Of a DNA stretch of 57,238 nucleotides, positions 26,742-35,956 are shown one piece after another. Origin of the DNA: a virus (lineage: Duplodnaviria; Caudoviricetes); IMG/VR virus record IMGVR_UViG_3300046167_000088, positions 1-57,238 of that record. One strand, given 5' to 3'. Below the pieces are notes generated by a model. It saw only the letters and a list, made by a program, of their open reading frames with translations, did not search any database and was not told where the DNA came from. Made by a program: the position numbers and the translations under genes. How positions within the stretch are numbered: the first letter of the stretch is position 1; the number at the start of each line of letters is the position of its first letter.

Positions 26742-29357
26742 TTATCCTATTTTACCTGTTAGTCCATACTCTATAATTGTTGGAGCAATAGATGCTACAA
26801 TCTTACCAAAGCCTGAACCTTTTGCAGAGTCTAGCTCAGCCTGTGTTCTTTCTCTACTTAGTTCAGCTTCTAGTGCCGCAAGCTGTACACGTAGCTCTCT
26901 TTCTGCTTGGTTCTCTGCAGTCTTGAAAGCATAACTTACTAAGTCTCTCTCTTCCTGTAGGATGGCATTATAAGAAGCCATAGTAAATTCATTAGCAGAC
27001 ATAGCCGCTTCACGGTTAGACTGATTCTGTGCCGCTATCTCTGCAGTTGTGATAGACTGTGACCACGTAGCATTAGCTTGTGCAACTACAAGAGCATTAG
27101 TAGCGTTGAACTGCTCTCTAGCTGTACGCTGTGTAGCGTTGTATTGCTCTAGAGAGTTTGTCTCTCCTGCATTAAACTGTGCCATAGCGTTAGCTTGTTC
27201 ACTATTCTGTAGAGCTATATTAGCCGCTAGATTAGCAAAGAACTGATTAGCTTGGTTTTCACTTGTAGCGTTAAACTGTTTAGAAGCATTCTCTGCTGCT
27301 TGATCTGATAGTAAAGCATTAGCAGTCTGTTGTGCTTTATACATGGATGTCTGTTGTGTATTACTTAAACTAGCCATATCCATCTGTAAGAAAGACTGTG
27401 CATTTGTTATCTGTGCTTGTTGACGGTTATTTAAGTTAGCCATATCCATTTGAGACATAGCCGCCGCATCTGCAAGTATCTTAGCGTTCTGTGAGCTAAG
27501 GTTAGTTAGATCAACTGTCTGTGCCATACGTGCATTCTCTAGTGCTATCTGTTGTTCTGCACTAAAGTTAATGTTAGCTATATCAGCTATTCTAGAAGCG
27601 TTAGCTACACGAGATTGGAACTCTTGGTTAAACTCTAAGCCTAAGAACTCAGAACGTTTCTCTGCTGCAAACATTGCCGCTTGTTGTTTGTTAGACAAGT
27701 TCTGTGCTTCAAACTTAGCGAAGGTAGACGCATCTACTTGTGCTATAGGTATAGCTGATTCCATCGCTGCTTGTATAGCCGCTTGTCCTGCCATAGATGA
27801 TGCACTTAATCCACGAGAAGCCATCATAGCCGCCGCATTACGCATAGCACCTGCCGCCCAAGCAGGAGGAGATTTACCCTCAAAGTCTGCCATCAAGCCT
27901 GTAAGTTGTCCCTGTACTGTAGCATCTGTAGAGGGTGCGCCTGTAGCCGCTTCAAAGTTAGTCTCTACTCTAACACGATCCATATCAACAGCAGAGCCTG
28001 ATATAAGTTCACCCTCTTGTAGTGTTCTTGCTTCAGGAGCTACAACTGTAGTAGCTTGAGCTATTTGAGCTGCATCTAATCCTAGTCTAGCTAACTCTTC
28101 AGGGTTCATAGTCTGAGCATCAGCTAAAGCACCAGCGCTGGGCTTACCTGTAGCTGCTTCTAATCGTGTAAGAACTTCTTCTACTGAAGCTGTAGCAGGT
28201 AAAGCATCATACGTAGCCCCTGCCTTTTGCTCTGGAGTTACAACAGGTGGTGCTGTCTCTGCAGTAGTTACTGTAGCTTGAGGAGCGTCACCCTTGATAG
28301 TACCCGTCTCAGGAGCTAACATACCTGCGGCTTTATCAGCTTCAGATACTTCAGCTACTTTAGATTCACTAACAACACTGGCTGGGTCTTTATATAACTG
28401 TGAAGAGAACTCATCTGCTGAGGGTAACTCTGTTGCTTTAAAACTCTTCTGCATTGTACCATAAGCGGCATTAGCATTATTTACTGCTATCTGTGCTTTA
28501 TTTACTGCATCAGATAAAGCTTTATTAGAAGGATCTGCAGTAGATGCATCTAAAGCTTTTTGGAATGCAGCATTGGCTGTAGCTATGTTTTGTTGTGCCT
28601 TATCTAATTCTACATTCATAGGGCTTGGAGGTTGTGTTGTATCAGGACGTGAACTACCTGCACTAGGACCTCTAGCTATAGCCTCATTAACTGCTTTCTG
28701 TTGAGCTTCAGATAATACATCTCTACTCCTCCTGTTTTGTATCTTTTGAGCTTCTTCGTATGTGTAGTTATATTCTTGCGGCATTTGTTTTAGCATACCC
28801 TCTGGGATTGCTGTTCCACCTTGATTGGCTCTGTTAGATAAGTATGTTTCATATGCCTTGTCTTGCGCTCTTCCCATACTGCCAGAACCCATAGAGCCAA
28901 AGTAGGGGCTATCATACATATCTTGAGTACCCATAGTATTATTCTTTTTAAAGTCTGCATACTCTGGTGAATTGTAGAAGGCTTGATCAATGTCAGGTCT
29001 GGGTTCTACAGGTTTGCCAGGCTTAAATTCAGCAATAGTTCTAGGGTCAGGCTGTAAGGAAGGTCTTGTCATTATGTTATTAAAAGGTTGTACGTTACCT
29101 TGTGCCAGTTCAGGCATTACACCTGCTAAGCCTTGAATAGCTTGATTGGCTAAGCCACCTATTTGGTAGCCTTGTACGTAACCACCCTGAGCCATACTAA
29201 TGCGTTTAGATGCTTGTTCTGCCATCATACCTACACGACTAGCTGCAGAAGGTGTAGCGGCTAAAAACTTAGCTTGCTCATCTGCTTGCATACCTGCCAT
29301 CTCTGGTATTATCTTACCCATTTGTTCAGGTGTAAATCCACCAAATTTCATAGCCAT
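26742..29357 (-). CDS. Putative internal virion protein (Ala/Gln/Asn-rich)
   Basis: 871 aa; QFN/ANQ-rich helical C-terminal half. Confidence 0.6.
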   Translation of the reverse strand: MAMKFGGFTPEQMGKIIPEMAGMQADEQAKFLAATPSAASRVGMMAEQASKRISMAQGGYVQGYQIGGLANQAIQGLAGVMPELAQGNVQPFNNIMTRPSLQPDPRTIAEFKPGKPVEPRPDIDQAFYNSPEYADFKKNNTMGTQDMYDSPYFGSMGSGSMGRAQDKAYETYLSNRANQGGTAIPEGMLKQMPQEYNYTYEEAQKIQNRRSRDVLSEAQQKAVNEAIARGPSAGSSRPDTTQPPSPMNVELDKAQQNIATANAAFQKALDASTADPSNKALSDAVNKAQIAVNNANAAYGTMQKSFKATELPSADEFSSQLYKDPASVVSESKVAEVSEADKAAGMLAPETGTIKGDAPQATVTTAETAPPVVTPEQKAGATYDALPATASVEEVLTRLEAATGKPSAGALADAQTMNPEELARLGLDAAQIAQATTVVAPEARTLQEGELISGSAVDMDRVRVETNFEAATGAPSTDATVQGQLTGLMADFEGKSPPAWAAGAMRNAAAMMASRGLSASSMAGQAAIQAAMESAIPIAQVDASTFAKFEAQNLSNKQQAAMFAAEKRSEFLGLEFNQEFQSRVANASRIADIANINFSAEQQIALENARMAQTVDLTNLSSQNAKILADAAAMSQMDMANLNNRQQAQITNAQSFLQMDMASLSNTQQTSMYKAQQTANALLSDQAAENASKQFNATSENQANQFFANLAANIALQNSEQANAMAQFNAGETNSLEQYNATQRTAREQFNATNALVVAQANATWSQSITTAEIAAQNQSNREAAMSANEFTMASYNAILQEERDLVSYAFKTAENQAERELRVQLAALEAELSRERTQAELDSAKGSGFGKIVASIAPTIIEYGLTGKIG

Positions 29358-29371
29358 TTTAATAGTCCTTA

Positions 29372-29626
29372 TTAATTACCCAACTTCATCCAAACTGCAG
29401 CAGCAACAAAGCTGAATATAGCAATGGTTGTTATTTTTACGAATGTGTTCCATATACTTAAACGTGTTTGTCTCCACGTTGTTAATAGGTTACGTACTTC
29501 ACGTATGTCTTCAGCAGCAGACTCATCATGTAGTCCTAACTCACGTAAAACTAACTTAGCTCCACGTTTAGCTGATCTGTCTAGTATAATCTCTAGCTCT
29601 TCTGGGGTCAACGTTATATTGTTCAT
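29372..29626 (-). CDS. Small membrane-anchored protein (DUF6127-like)
   Basis: A..GA...L..LGL.DE.A..DI.E.R.LL..WR plus C-terminal TM helix. Confidence 0.6.
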   Translation of the reverse strand: MNNITLTPEELEIILDRSAKRGAKLVLRELGLHDESAAEDIREVRNLLTTWRQTRLSIWNTFVKITTIAIFSFVAAAVWMKLGN

Positions 29627-30582
29627 TACGTTACTTCTCTTAATATCCACGTAGCATCAGGCTGTTCATTATAACAACTAAGAGATGTACTGGAAGCTGT
29701 ATCGTTCTTTATAAACGTTACACCCCAACAGCCTGTGTTGTACCACCAACCACCTCTATGTATGTAGTCACAATCAGAGCTAGTCCACCATCCTGAACTA
29801 GCACCATCGCCCCCACGCTCTCTAGCCCAAACAGCTATCTCATCTCTGCCTAAAGTAACAGAAGGAGCATTATTTGCTATATTAAGAGAATTAATACCCC
29901 ATCCACTGCCCTGTGCTACAAAACGTCTATTAAACTCATACTTACCGCTAATTAGTATTAAACCACCCATAGACCATTTATCTGTTTGCTGTCTATTGTA
30001 GGTATAACTAATATTACCAAGCTGATTAAGAGGTGTGTTAATAACATCTACACATACATTTGCGTTACCGTTGTATGTTTCATTTTTATTTTCTGTCTCT
30101 GTTCCACTTACGCTTATAGGGTCTGTACGATTAGAACCTCCTGGCATTCCAGCGATTCCTATAATAGTAGTCCACGCACTTTCTACATAAAAGTTAGATT
30201 TAGTTTGTGTATTAGTTACTACATCTGTTGCTAGATTATATCCTGCATTAGGGTTGTTCTGAAGCACACTTCCTATATGGTTTATAACCACTTCACCACT
30301 TGGAGGTGATATTTGCGATGTAGTAATAAGACCTGAAGCTCTATACTGCCTAAATCTTTGTAGCTTCTGAAGATCACTACCCTCTTTGTAAACAGAAAAG
30401 AAATCGTCTAAACCTAAAGCCCCTGAAGTAGGTACATTATCGTGATTTCCATACTTCTCTTTAATTGTACCATTACCCTGAGAACCTCTATACATATCAT
30501 CCATACTTATTGAACCAGAGAGTCCAAACTCAGTACGAATTTGATCCATTGATATTGATTGTCCTGATGCAGGTAAAGCCAT
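29626..30582 (-). CDS. Distal tail fibre/adhesin protein
   Basis: MALPASG.IS...I..EFG...VPTSG....DF N-terminus; follows a fibre gene. Confidence 0.6.
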   Translation of the reverse strand: MALPASGQSISMDQIRTEFGLSGSISMDDMYRGSQGNGTIKEKYGNHDNVPTSGALGLDDFFSVYKEGSDLQKLQRFRQYRASGLITTSQISPPSGEVVINHIGSVLQNNPNAGYNLATDVVTNTQTKSNFYVESAWTTIIGIAGMPGGSNRTDPISVSGTETENKNETYNGNANVCVDVINTPLNQLGNISYTYNRQQTDKWSMGGLILISGKYEFNRRFVAQGSGWGINSLNIANNAPSVTLGRDEIAVWARERGGDGASSGWWTSSDCDYIHRGGWWYNTGCWGVTFIKNDTASSTSLSCYNEQPDATWILREVT

Positions 30583-32240
30583 TATACAGATCCATATGCT
30601 GTTATGTTGCCTACTACGGTTAAGTTACCAGAACCGTCTATCTTCATTTTGTTTGTACCATTAGAGGCAAACAATAGAGTGCCACCACTCTCTGTTATTG
30701 TCCAGTTGCCTAGATCTACAGTTGTAGCATTAAGAGTAGAAGCAGAGAATGACTGTGATCCAGAACCTGCTAGTTCAGCCTTAGTGTCTATCTCTGTCTG
30801 TAATCCGTCTACGTTAGCAATAGTATGATTATGACTGTCATCTGCTATTACTGCTGTTATAGTGGCATTGCTTGTACCGTTAAAAGAAACAGAACCTGTC
30901 ACATCTCCTGTTAAGCCTATAGTACGAGAAGTAGCTAACGCTGTAGCTGTAGAAGCATTACCTGTAACAGCACCCGTAACGTTACCAGTTAAGTTACCCT
31001 CGAATGTACCTGCTACAAATGTCTCACTGCCTACGCCCCACTTGTCTGTTGATTCTGTCCAGACTAGAGACTTGTTAGAAGATGTACCACGTTCAATAGT
31101 AATACCTGCATCCTGACTAGGTGTACCTGTCTCGTCAGAGTTAAGAGTGATAATATTGTCACCAATGTTTACAGTGTTAGAATTAACTGTAGTAGTTGTA
31201 CCATTAACTGTTAGGTTACCGCCTACAATAACATCATCAAATGTTACGTCTTGGTTTGTAGCTAATGAGATAACACCTGTAGAGCTATTGTAGCTGATGT
31301 TACCCGTAGCAGATATTGCACCCCTAGCTCTTGCTGTAGTGTGATACAGATTAGTTGAGCCTTCAGCTATAGTATCTGTGTTACCCTGAGTAAAGCTCAT
31401 AACACCAGTAGAATTATTGTAGCTTAAACTTCCTGTAGCTGAGATAGCACCTCTAGCTCTAGCAGTTGTATGATATAGGTTGCTAGAACCCTCAGAAAGC
31501 GTGTCTGTGTCGTGGTTAGCTATGCTTGATACAGTACCTGTCACATTACCTGTTAGAGCGCCCGTAAAGCCTCCTGTAGCCGACACAGTACCACCTACAA
31601 CAATGTTACCAGAGTTAAGTGTAATATTAGCTGTAGCTATGGTTGTGTTGCCTGTTATAGCAAGAGTACCACCTACTGTAGTATTACCTGTCACTGCTAG
31701 TGTACCCAGCGCTGAAGTAGCTGAACCATTTAAGCGTAAAGCTTCTACATTACCTGAATAGATAGACAACTGGTTAGAGTTATTGCTTAGTTTACCGAAG
31801 CTTACACCACCGTCTTTAAGTAGTACGTCTCCACCGTCAGCATCTAGTGTAATATCACCCACAACATCTAGGGTTAAATCTCCATTAGACACAGTGTAAG
31901 AGTTATCTACGATAGTAGTATATCCATTTACACCAATGTTGGCTGTATCTGTATAAAGAGTACCATCAAAGTAGCCATCCTTAAACTGAGCTGCACTAGA
32001 GCCTAGATCAATAATGTTGTTTGCTTTAGGTAAGAGTGTAGATGTACCTACAATAATGTCCTGCCCTGGTCCTACCTTTGTTACAGGTGCGCCTTGGCCT
32101 GATGAACCGTCATGAGAGTGACCAGAGGATGCGTTAAATGCGCTTTCTACAGCGTTAAACTCTCCGTCTAAGTCGTCTGCGTCAATAACGCTACCATTAG
32201 CGATGTTGTTAGCCGTATCTTGGCGTGTATAACCTGCCAT
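30582..32240 (-). CDS. Tail fibre protein
   Basis: N-terminal anchor I.A.D...EFN....AF....GH.HDG; Gly/Thr-rich strands. Confidence 0.75.
   Translation of the reverse strand: MAGYTRQDTANNIANGSVIDADDLDGEFNAVESAFNASSGHSHDGSSGQGAPVTKVGPGQDIIVGTSTLLPKANNIIDLGSSAAQFKDGYFDGTLYTDTANIGVNGYTTIVDNSYTVSNGDLTLDVVGDITLDADGGDVLLKDGGVSFGKLSNNSNQLSIYSGNVEALRLNGSATSALGTLAVTGNTTVGGTLAITGNTTIATANITLNSGNIVVGGTVSATGGFTGALTGNVTGTVSSIANHDTDTLSEGSSNLYHTTARARGAISATGSLSYNNSTGVMSFTQGNTDTIAEGSTNLYHTTARARGAISATGNISYNSSTGVISLATNQDVTFDDVIVGGNLTVNGTTTTVNSNTVNIGDNIITLNSDETGTPSQDAGITIERGTSSNKSLVWTESTDKWGVGSETFVAGTFEGNLTGNVTGAVTGNASTATALATSRTIGLTGDVTGSVSFNGTSNATITAVIADDSHNHTIANVDGLQTEIDTKAELAGSGSQSFSASTLNATTVDLGNWTITESGGTLLFASNGTNKMKIDGSGNLTVVGNITAYGSV
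31265..31512 (-). repeat. Two intragenic repeats of about 41 aa
   Basis: TDT..EGS.NLYHTTARARGAISATG..SYN.STGV occurs twice. Confidence 0.85.
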
Positions 32241-32252
32241 AAGAGTTATCCT

Positions 32253-33797
32253 TTATTGTCTATCGTTCTGTGTAAACTCAAGAAGTGCTGTATCTAGAGT
32301 AAATGCTGGGTTAGTTGTGTTATCTTCTATACGTATTGATATAGTCTTACCTGATCCGATAATCTGGTTCTGATAAACTTTATCTAGTTCTCCACCAAAT
32401 ACGGCTGTACCATACAAGGATGTAACTGCTCCGTAGATAGCCGCAAATATACCTGTACTTGTAATAGTTGTAGCTGCTGGCTGTATTAGGTTTTGGTTGT
32501 TAGATCGAGTAAAGTCATACTTAAGTGCTAAGTCTATATTGAAAGCGCCTTTAGGGTCTATATATGTAGTTAGCTTATAAAAGGTTTTACGTATCTGTGG
32601 GTCTGATATAGGCATATAAGGTGATTCATATATAGCTTCAATGTTCTCTCCATCAAAAGTATAACCTGTCTCCATCTTATATACGTAGCCATCCTCATTA
32701 GCAAATATAATAGTCTCTGAATATTCTGTATACTTAGAGTCTGCTACAAAGGCTTTGATACCTGAAGTCTCACCCCATGCTAGATCAGATGCACCTTGGT
32801 TAGAAAACTTAGTTACGAGTAACCCACGAGCAACTTTCTTTTGTTCTGACTGTGTATAGCCAAAGATGCGGTACTGTGCTTTCTCACGTATAACAATAGA
32901 GCAAAAGTTAGATGTACTCTGAGCAAACTTATAAACGTCATCAGCTATAGGGTCAGAAGCTACTTCAAGTGAGAAGTCACCAATTCTGTCTGTAGCACCT
33001 AAGAGTCTGATACCGTCAGGAGACATATACATAATGTCACCACCAACCTCTTGTATCGTATCAGGGTCTAAACAACCAATACCTTCTGTGATAGGGTTTA
33101 ACTGGAAGTCAGCTAGAGTTGTACCAGATAAGCGTTGTATGTTGTTTCTACTAAAGATGATAAGTTGATCACGGAAAGCAATCAAGCCTGTAATGTCATG
33201 GCTTACGTTTATCACACCACCACCATTAGCGGCACTATAGTCACCTGAGTCTGAGGGTGCTGAGAAGTATAAGTTAGAACCTTTAGAGAAGAATACTGTA
33301 GTCTTAAATACTGCTACCTGTTCTGCACCCTGTAAGTCTGATAGAGAAGAGATAAACGATAAAGTGTTAGCTGTATCATTAAATAGCGCTGGGTAGTTAG
33401 ACCCATCTACCATTATGATGAAGTCACCTGCACCAAAGTTGTACTCTGTGCTACGTATCTTACCGCCTAACAGTGCTGCCTTACCTAGTGAAGACCAAGT
33501 ACCACCAGAAGATCTATGGTATTCAGTTTTAGGTGGAGAAGCTCCATCACTTCTAGCGGCTATATACTCGCCTATGTTTGCTACTTTAACACCAAGTACA
33601 CGCCCTGTTCCTGGTACAATATTGTTTGTTGCTTTTGTGTACCCTAATACTTTACTGTAACCACCTGATCTAGCTGGCTCAAAGTTCTGTAGTATAGTAG
33701 CAGAACCAACAGCATTAGCACCCTGTTGTAGAGGGCTGAGATTAGAGATGAGGCCACCTTTAAACTCAATAGGGAATGTCTGCCAATTAGTAGCCAT
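32253..33797 (-). CDS. Tail tubular B/nozzle-like protein
   Basis: 514 aa, beta-rich; position after the adaptor gene. Confidence 0.6.
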   Translation of the reverse strand: MATNWQTFPIEFKGGLISNLSPLQQGANAVGSATILQNFEPARSGGYSKVLGYTKATNNIVPGTGRVLGVKVANIGEYIAARSDGASPPKTEYHRSSGGTWSSLGKAALLGGKIRSTEYNFGAGDFIIMVDGSNYPALFNDTANTLSFISSLSDLQGAEQVAVFKTTVFFSKGSNLYFSAPSDSGDYSAANGGGVINVSHDITGLIAFRDQLIIFSRNNIQRLSGTTLADFQLNPITEGIGCLDPDTIQEVGGDIMYMSPDGIRLLGATDRIGDFSLEVASDPIADDVYKFAQSTSNFCSIVIREKAQYRIFGYTQSEQKKVARGLLVTKFSNQGASDLAWGETSGIKAFVADSKYTEYSETIIFANEDGYVYKMETGYTFDGENIEAIYESPYMPISDPQIRKTFYKLTTYIDPKGAFNIDLALKYDFTRSNNQNLIQPAATTITSTGIFAAIYGAVTSLYGTAVFGGELDKVYQNQIIGSGKTISIRIEDNTTNPAFTLDTALLEFTQNDRQ

Positions 33798-34486
33798 CAG
33801 TAATGAACTCTTGTATCTCTTAAGTATTCTGTACGGTTAATGTTTAAGGATCTCATACTCTTAATGCCTTCCTTAAACTTGCTCTGTGATAATTGTGCAG
33901 ACTGAGTGTCACCCCTGAATACATAAGCATAATACATAGCACCATCTACAACAATATGTCTGTATGACTCTGGTATAGTAGCAACGTCTGATGCTTTCTC
34001 CATATCAACACCATTAGTGTAATATTCGTAGACTACTTCGTATGCTTTATCTGGGGAAGGTACAAACAGTAATTCTCTACTTGGCGCACGTACAACATAC
34101 TGTGGTACGCTTCTTACATCTGAGCTAGAGTTATACTCTACGTCTGCGTGTTTGTCAAGATATTCTTCATAATTCAACACTTTAAGACGCTTAGTATCTA
34201 CATTAAGAGTATTATCACGTTTTAATCTAAAGCTATTCATATTAACAGTCTTACTATCATAAGGCATACTGTAGCGTACCTCACCTGGAGTAAGTACTTC
34301 TGTTTCTTCTGCATGATTCCAAGGCCACTCAAACTCTTCTTGGTGTATGTGTCTTATAGAAGCATTAACAGCGTCTTTAGTGAGGTTGTAGTAACCTTGT
34401 GCTGTAGCAAAGTTAGATGTAGTTAGTTCTACTTCGTTAAGTCTTCTGTTAACATCATTAACTAACCCGATAAAGTCATAGGCCAT
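33797..34486 (-). CDS. Head-tail adaptor (tail tubular A-like)
   Basis: L.N.V..RL.E...W.W motif; size and position. Confidence 0.65.
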   Translation of the reverse strand: MAYDFIGLVNDVNRRLNEVELTTSNFATAQGYYNLTKDAVNASIRHIHQEEFEWPWNHAEETEVLTPGEVRYSMPYDSKTVNMNSFRLKRDNTLNVDTKRLKVLNYEEYLDKHADVEYNSSSDVRSVPQYVVRAPSRELLFVPSPDKAYEVVYEYYTNGVDMEKASDVATIPESYRHIVVDGAMYYAYVFRGDTQSAQLSQSKFKEGIKSMRSLNINRTEYLRDTRVHY

Positions 34487-34488
34487 TC

Positions 34489-34806
34489 TTATTTCTCCTT
34501 AACACGTACAAATACTGAACGCTCATATTGTAAGCCTTCTACTGTAGTGATTTTACAAGTAACTCTATATCTAACGTTATTAGTACCAAGAGATAATCTT
34601 ATTGTTGCTACGGTGAGTGTATTGGTTTTCTGTACCATCTGTAATGCATTAACAACTTCACCTGCATCTATTAGAGTTTTTGTACCGTCAGAGTCATCTA
34701 CAAACCATGTAACACCTGAAATAGTGTCATCACCTAAAAAGCGTGACCAATCAATGCTATAATCTAATACTTCGTCTTTATCTTTATCAGGCCATTTATA
34801 TGACAT
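34489..34806 (-). CDS. Fibre-tail adaptor-like virion protein
   Basis: KD.DE.LDY..DW...L..DTI motif. Confidence 0.6.
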   Translation of the reverse strand: MSYKWPDKDKDEVLDYSIDWSRFLGDDTISGVTWFVDDSDGTKTLIDAGEVVNALQMVQKTNTLTVATIRLSLGTNNVRYRVTCKITTVEGLQYERSVFVRVKEK

Positions 34807-34817
34807 TCGTATATTCC

Positions 34818-35501
34818 TTATGCTGCAATACGTACAACTCTATCTGTATTAGTCGCTTCAATTAGTACTGTTCTGTTCCGTGGGTCTGCAGGTATATTAA
34901 CAGTATACCCTTGATTGGTTGGTGCTATAAACACAACACGTCTTCTGTCGAAGCTAGACTTAAGGCTTTCGTAGTCAAACTGTGTTGTTGTTACATTTAA
35001 GCTACCAGAGAATATGTTTAGTGGTACGCTGACTATCTCAAGTATAACTTGTGTAGATACATTAACTGTACCAATGGCTATGCTAGATGCAACACCTGTA
35101 GGTAAAACAACAGCCTTAGCTTGTATGTTAGACCCTGTTCCTACAGTAGCTGTAAGCGCTGGGCTAGTGATGCTTGTGTTAGCATCTGCCAATACTGTAG
35201 TTGTACCTAGATTAGCCTGAGAGTCAACCCCTGAAGGTGCTACATTAGCATTTGCAACAACTATTGTAGTACCTAGTGATGCTGTAGCAGGTATAGAGTC
35301 ACTAAGTGTAACACTCTTGGCAGTGACGACTACAGAGCCGATGCTAATAGTATTTGATGAACCTGTCAAGCTAAAGTTAGCATGACCTACAACAGTAATA
35401 CTTCCTGCGCTACTTGTAGCAGGTACACTCTGTGCAATAAGACGTGTCTCTAGTGTTGTAGAGAACGGTCCTGATGCAAAAGGAGAGATACCAAAGAACA
35501 T
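34818..35501 (-). CDS. Virion structural protein with low-complexity beta repeats
   Basis: MFFG..PFA..PFS N-terminus; Ser/Thr/Val repeats. Confidence 0.6.
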   Translation of the reverse strand: MFFGISPFASGPFSTTLETRLIAQSVPATSSAGSITVVGHANFSLTGSSNTISIGSVVVTAKSVTLSDSIPATASLGTTIVVANANVAPSGVDSQANLGTTTVLADANTSITSPALTATVGTGSNIQAKAVVLPTGVASSIAIGTVNVSTQVILEIVSVPLNIFSGSLNVTTTQFDYESLKSSFDRRRVVFIAPTNQGYTVNIPADPRNRTVLIEATNTDRVVRIAA

Positions 35502-35510
35502 GTTTTATCC

Positions 35511-35930
35511 TTATGTTGGTTTAGTAGGCCATGTTACTGTGTTAGGAAACCCTGCTTGTGCTGGTAAGTTAAGCAAGTCAGTTCGGTACTGTGTCCACTC
35601 TGCTTGTTTAGCATCTGTTAATTCAGCCCATCGTAGAGGGTTGGTTACTACAGGGTCTACTTCTTCTACCAATCTCTGGTCACGTTCTGCTCTTAAACCT
35701 GCCGCTAGTTCTGCGTCTAGCTCTGCTTGAGTAGGTGCTACATAAGCCGCATAGTCTGAACCGATAAGCCCAAGCAATACACTGTTGTCTACAGTATTAT
35801 CTGTATCATCAGGGTCTAATCCGTAAGGAATCCAACCATGTTCTGGATGATTAATATCTACTTCAAACCAAGTGTTTTCTGCGTTTAGTGATTGTGCGTT
35901 ACGCACTTCTGTTATTGTTACTTGTGGCAT
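35511..35930 (-). CDS. Tail fibre assembly chaperone
   Basis: R.ERD..L...W..YR..L...P.Q.GFP....WP.KP. Confidence 0.8.
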   Translation of the reverse strand: MPQVTITEVRNAQSLNAENTWFEVDINHPEHGWIPYGLDPDDTDNTVDNSVLLGLIGSDYAAYVAPTQAELDAELAAGLRAERDQRLVEEVDPVVTNPLRWAELTDAKQAEWTQYRTDLLNLPAQAGFPNTVTWPTKPT

Positions 35931-35956
35931 AAACGCCTCCTATTGTTATTGTCATT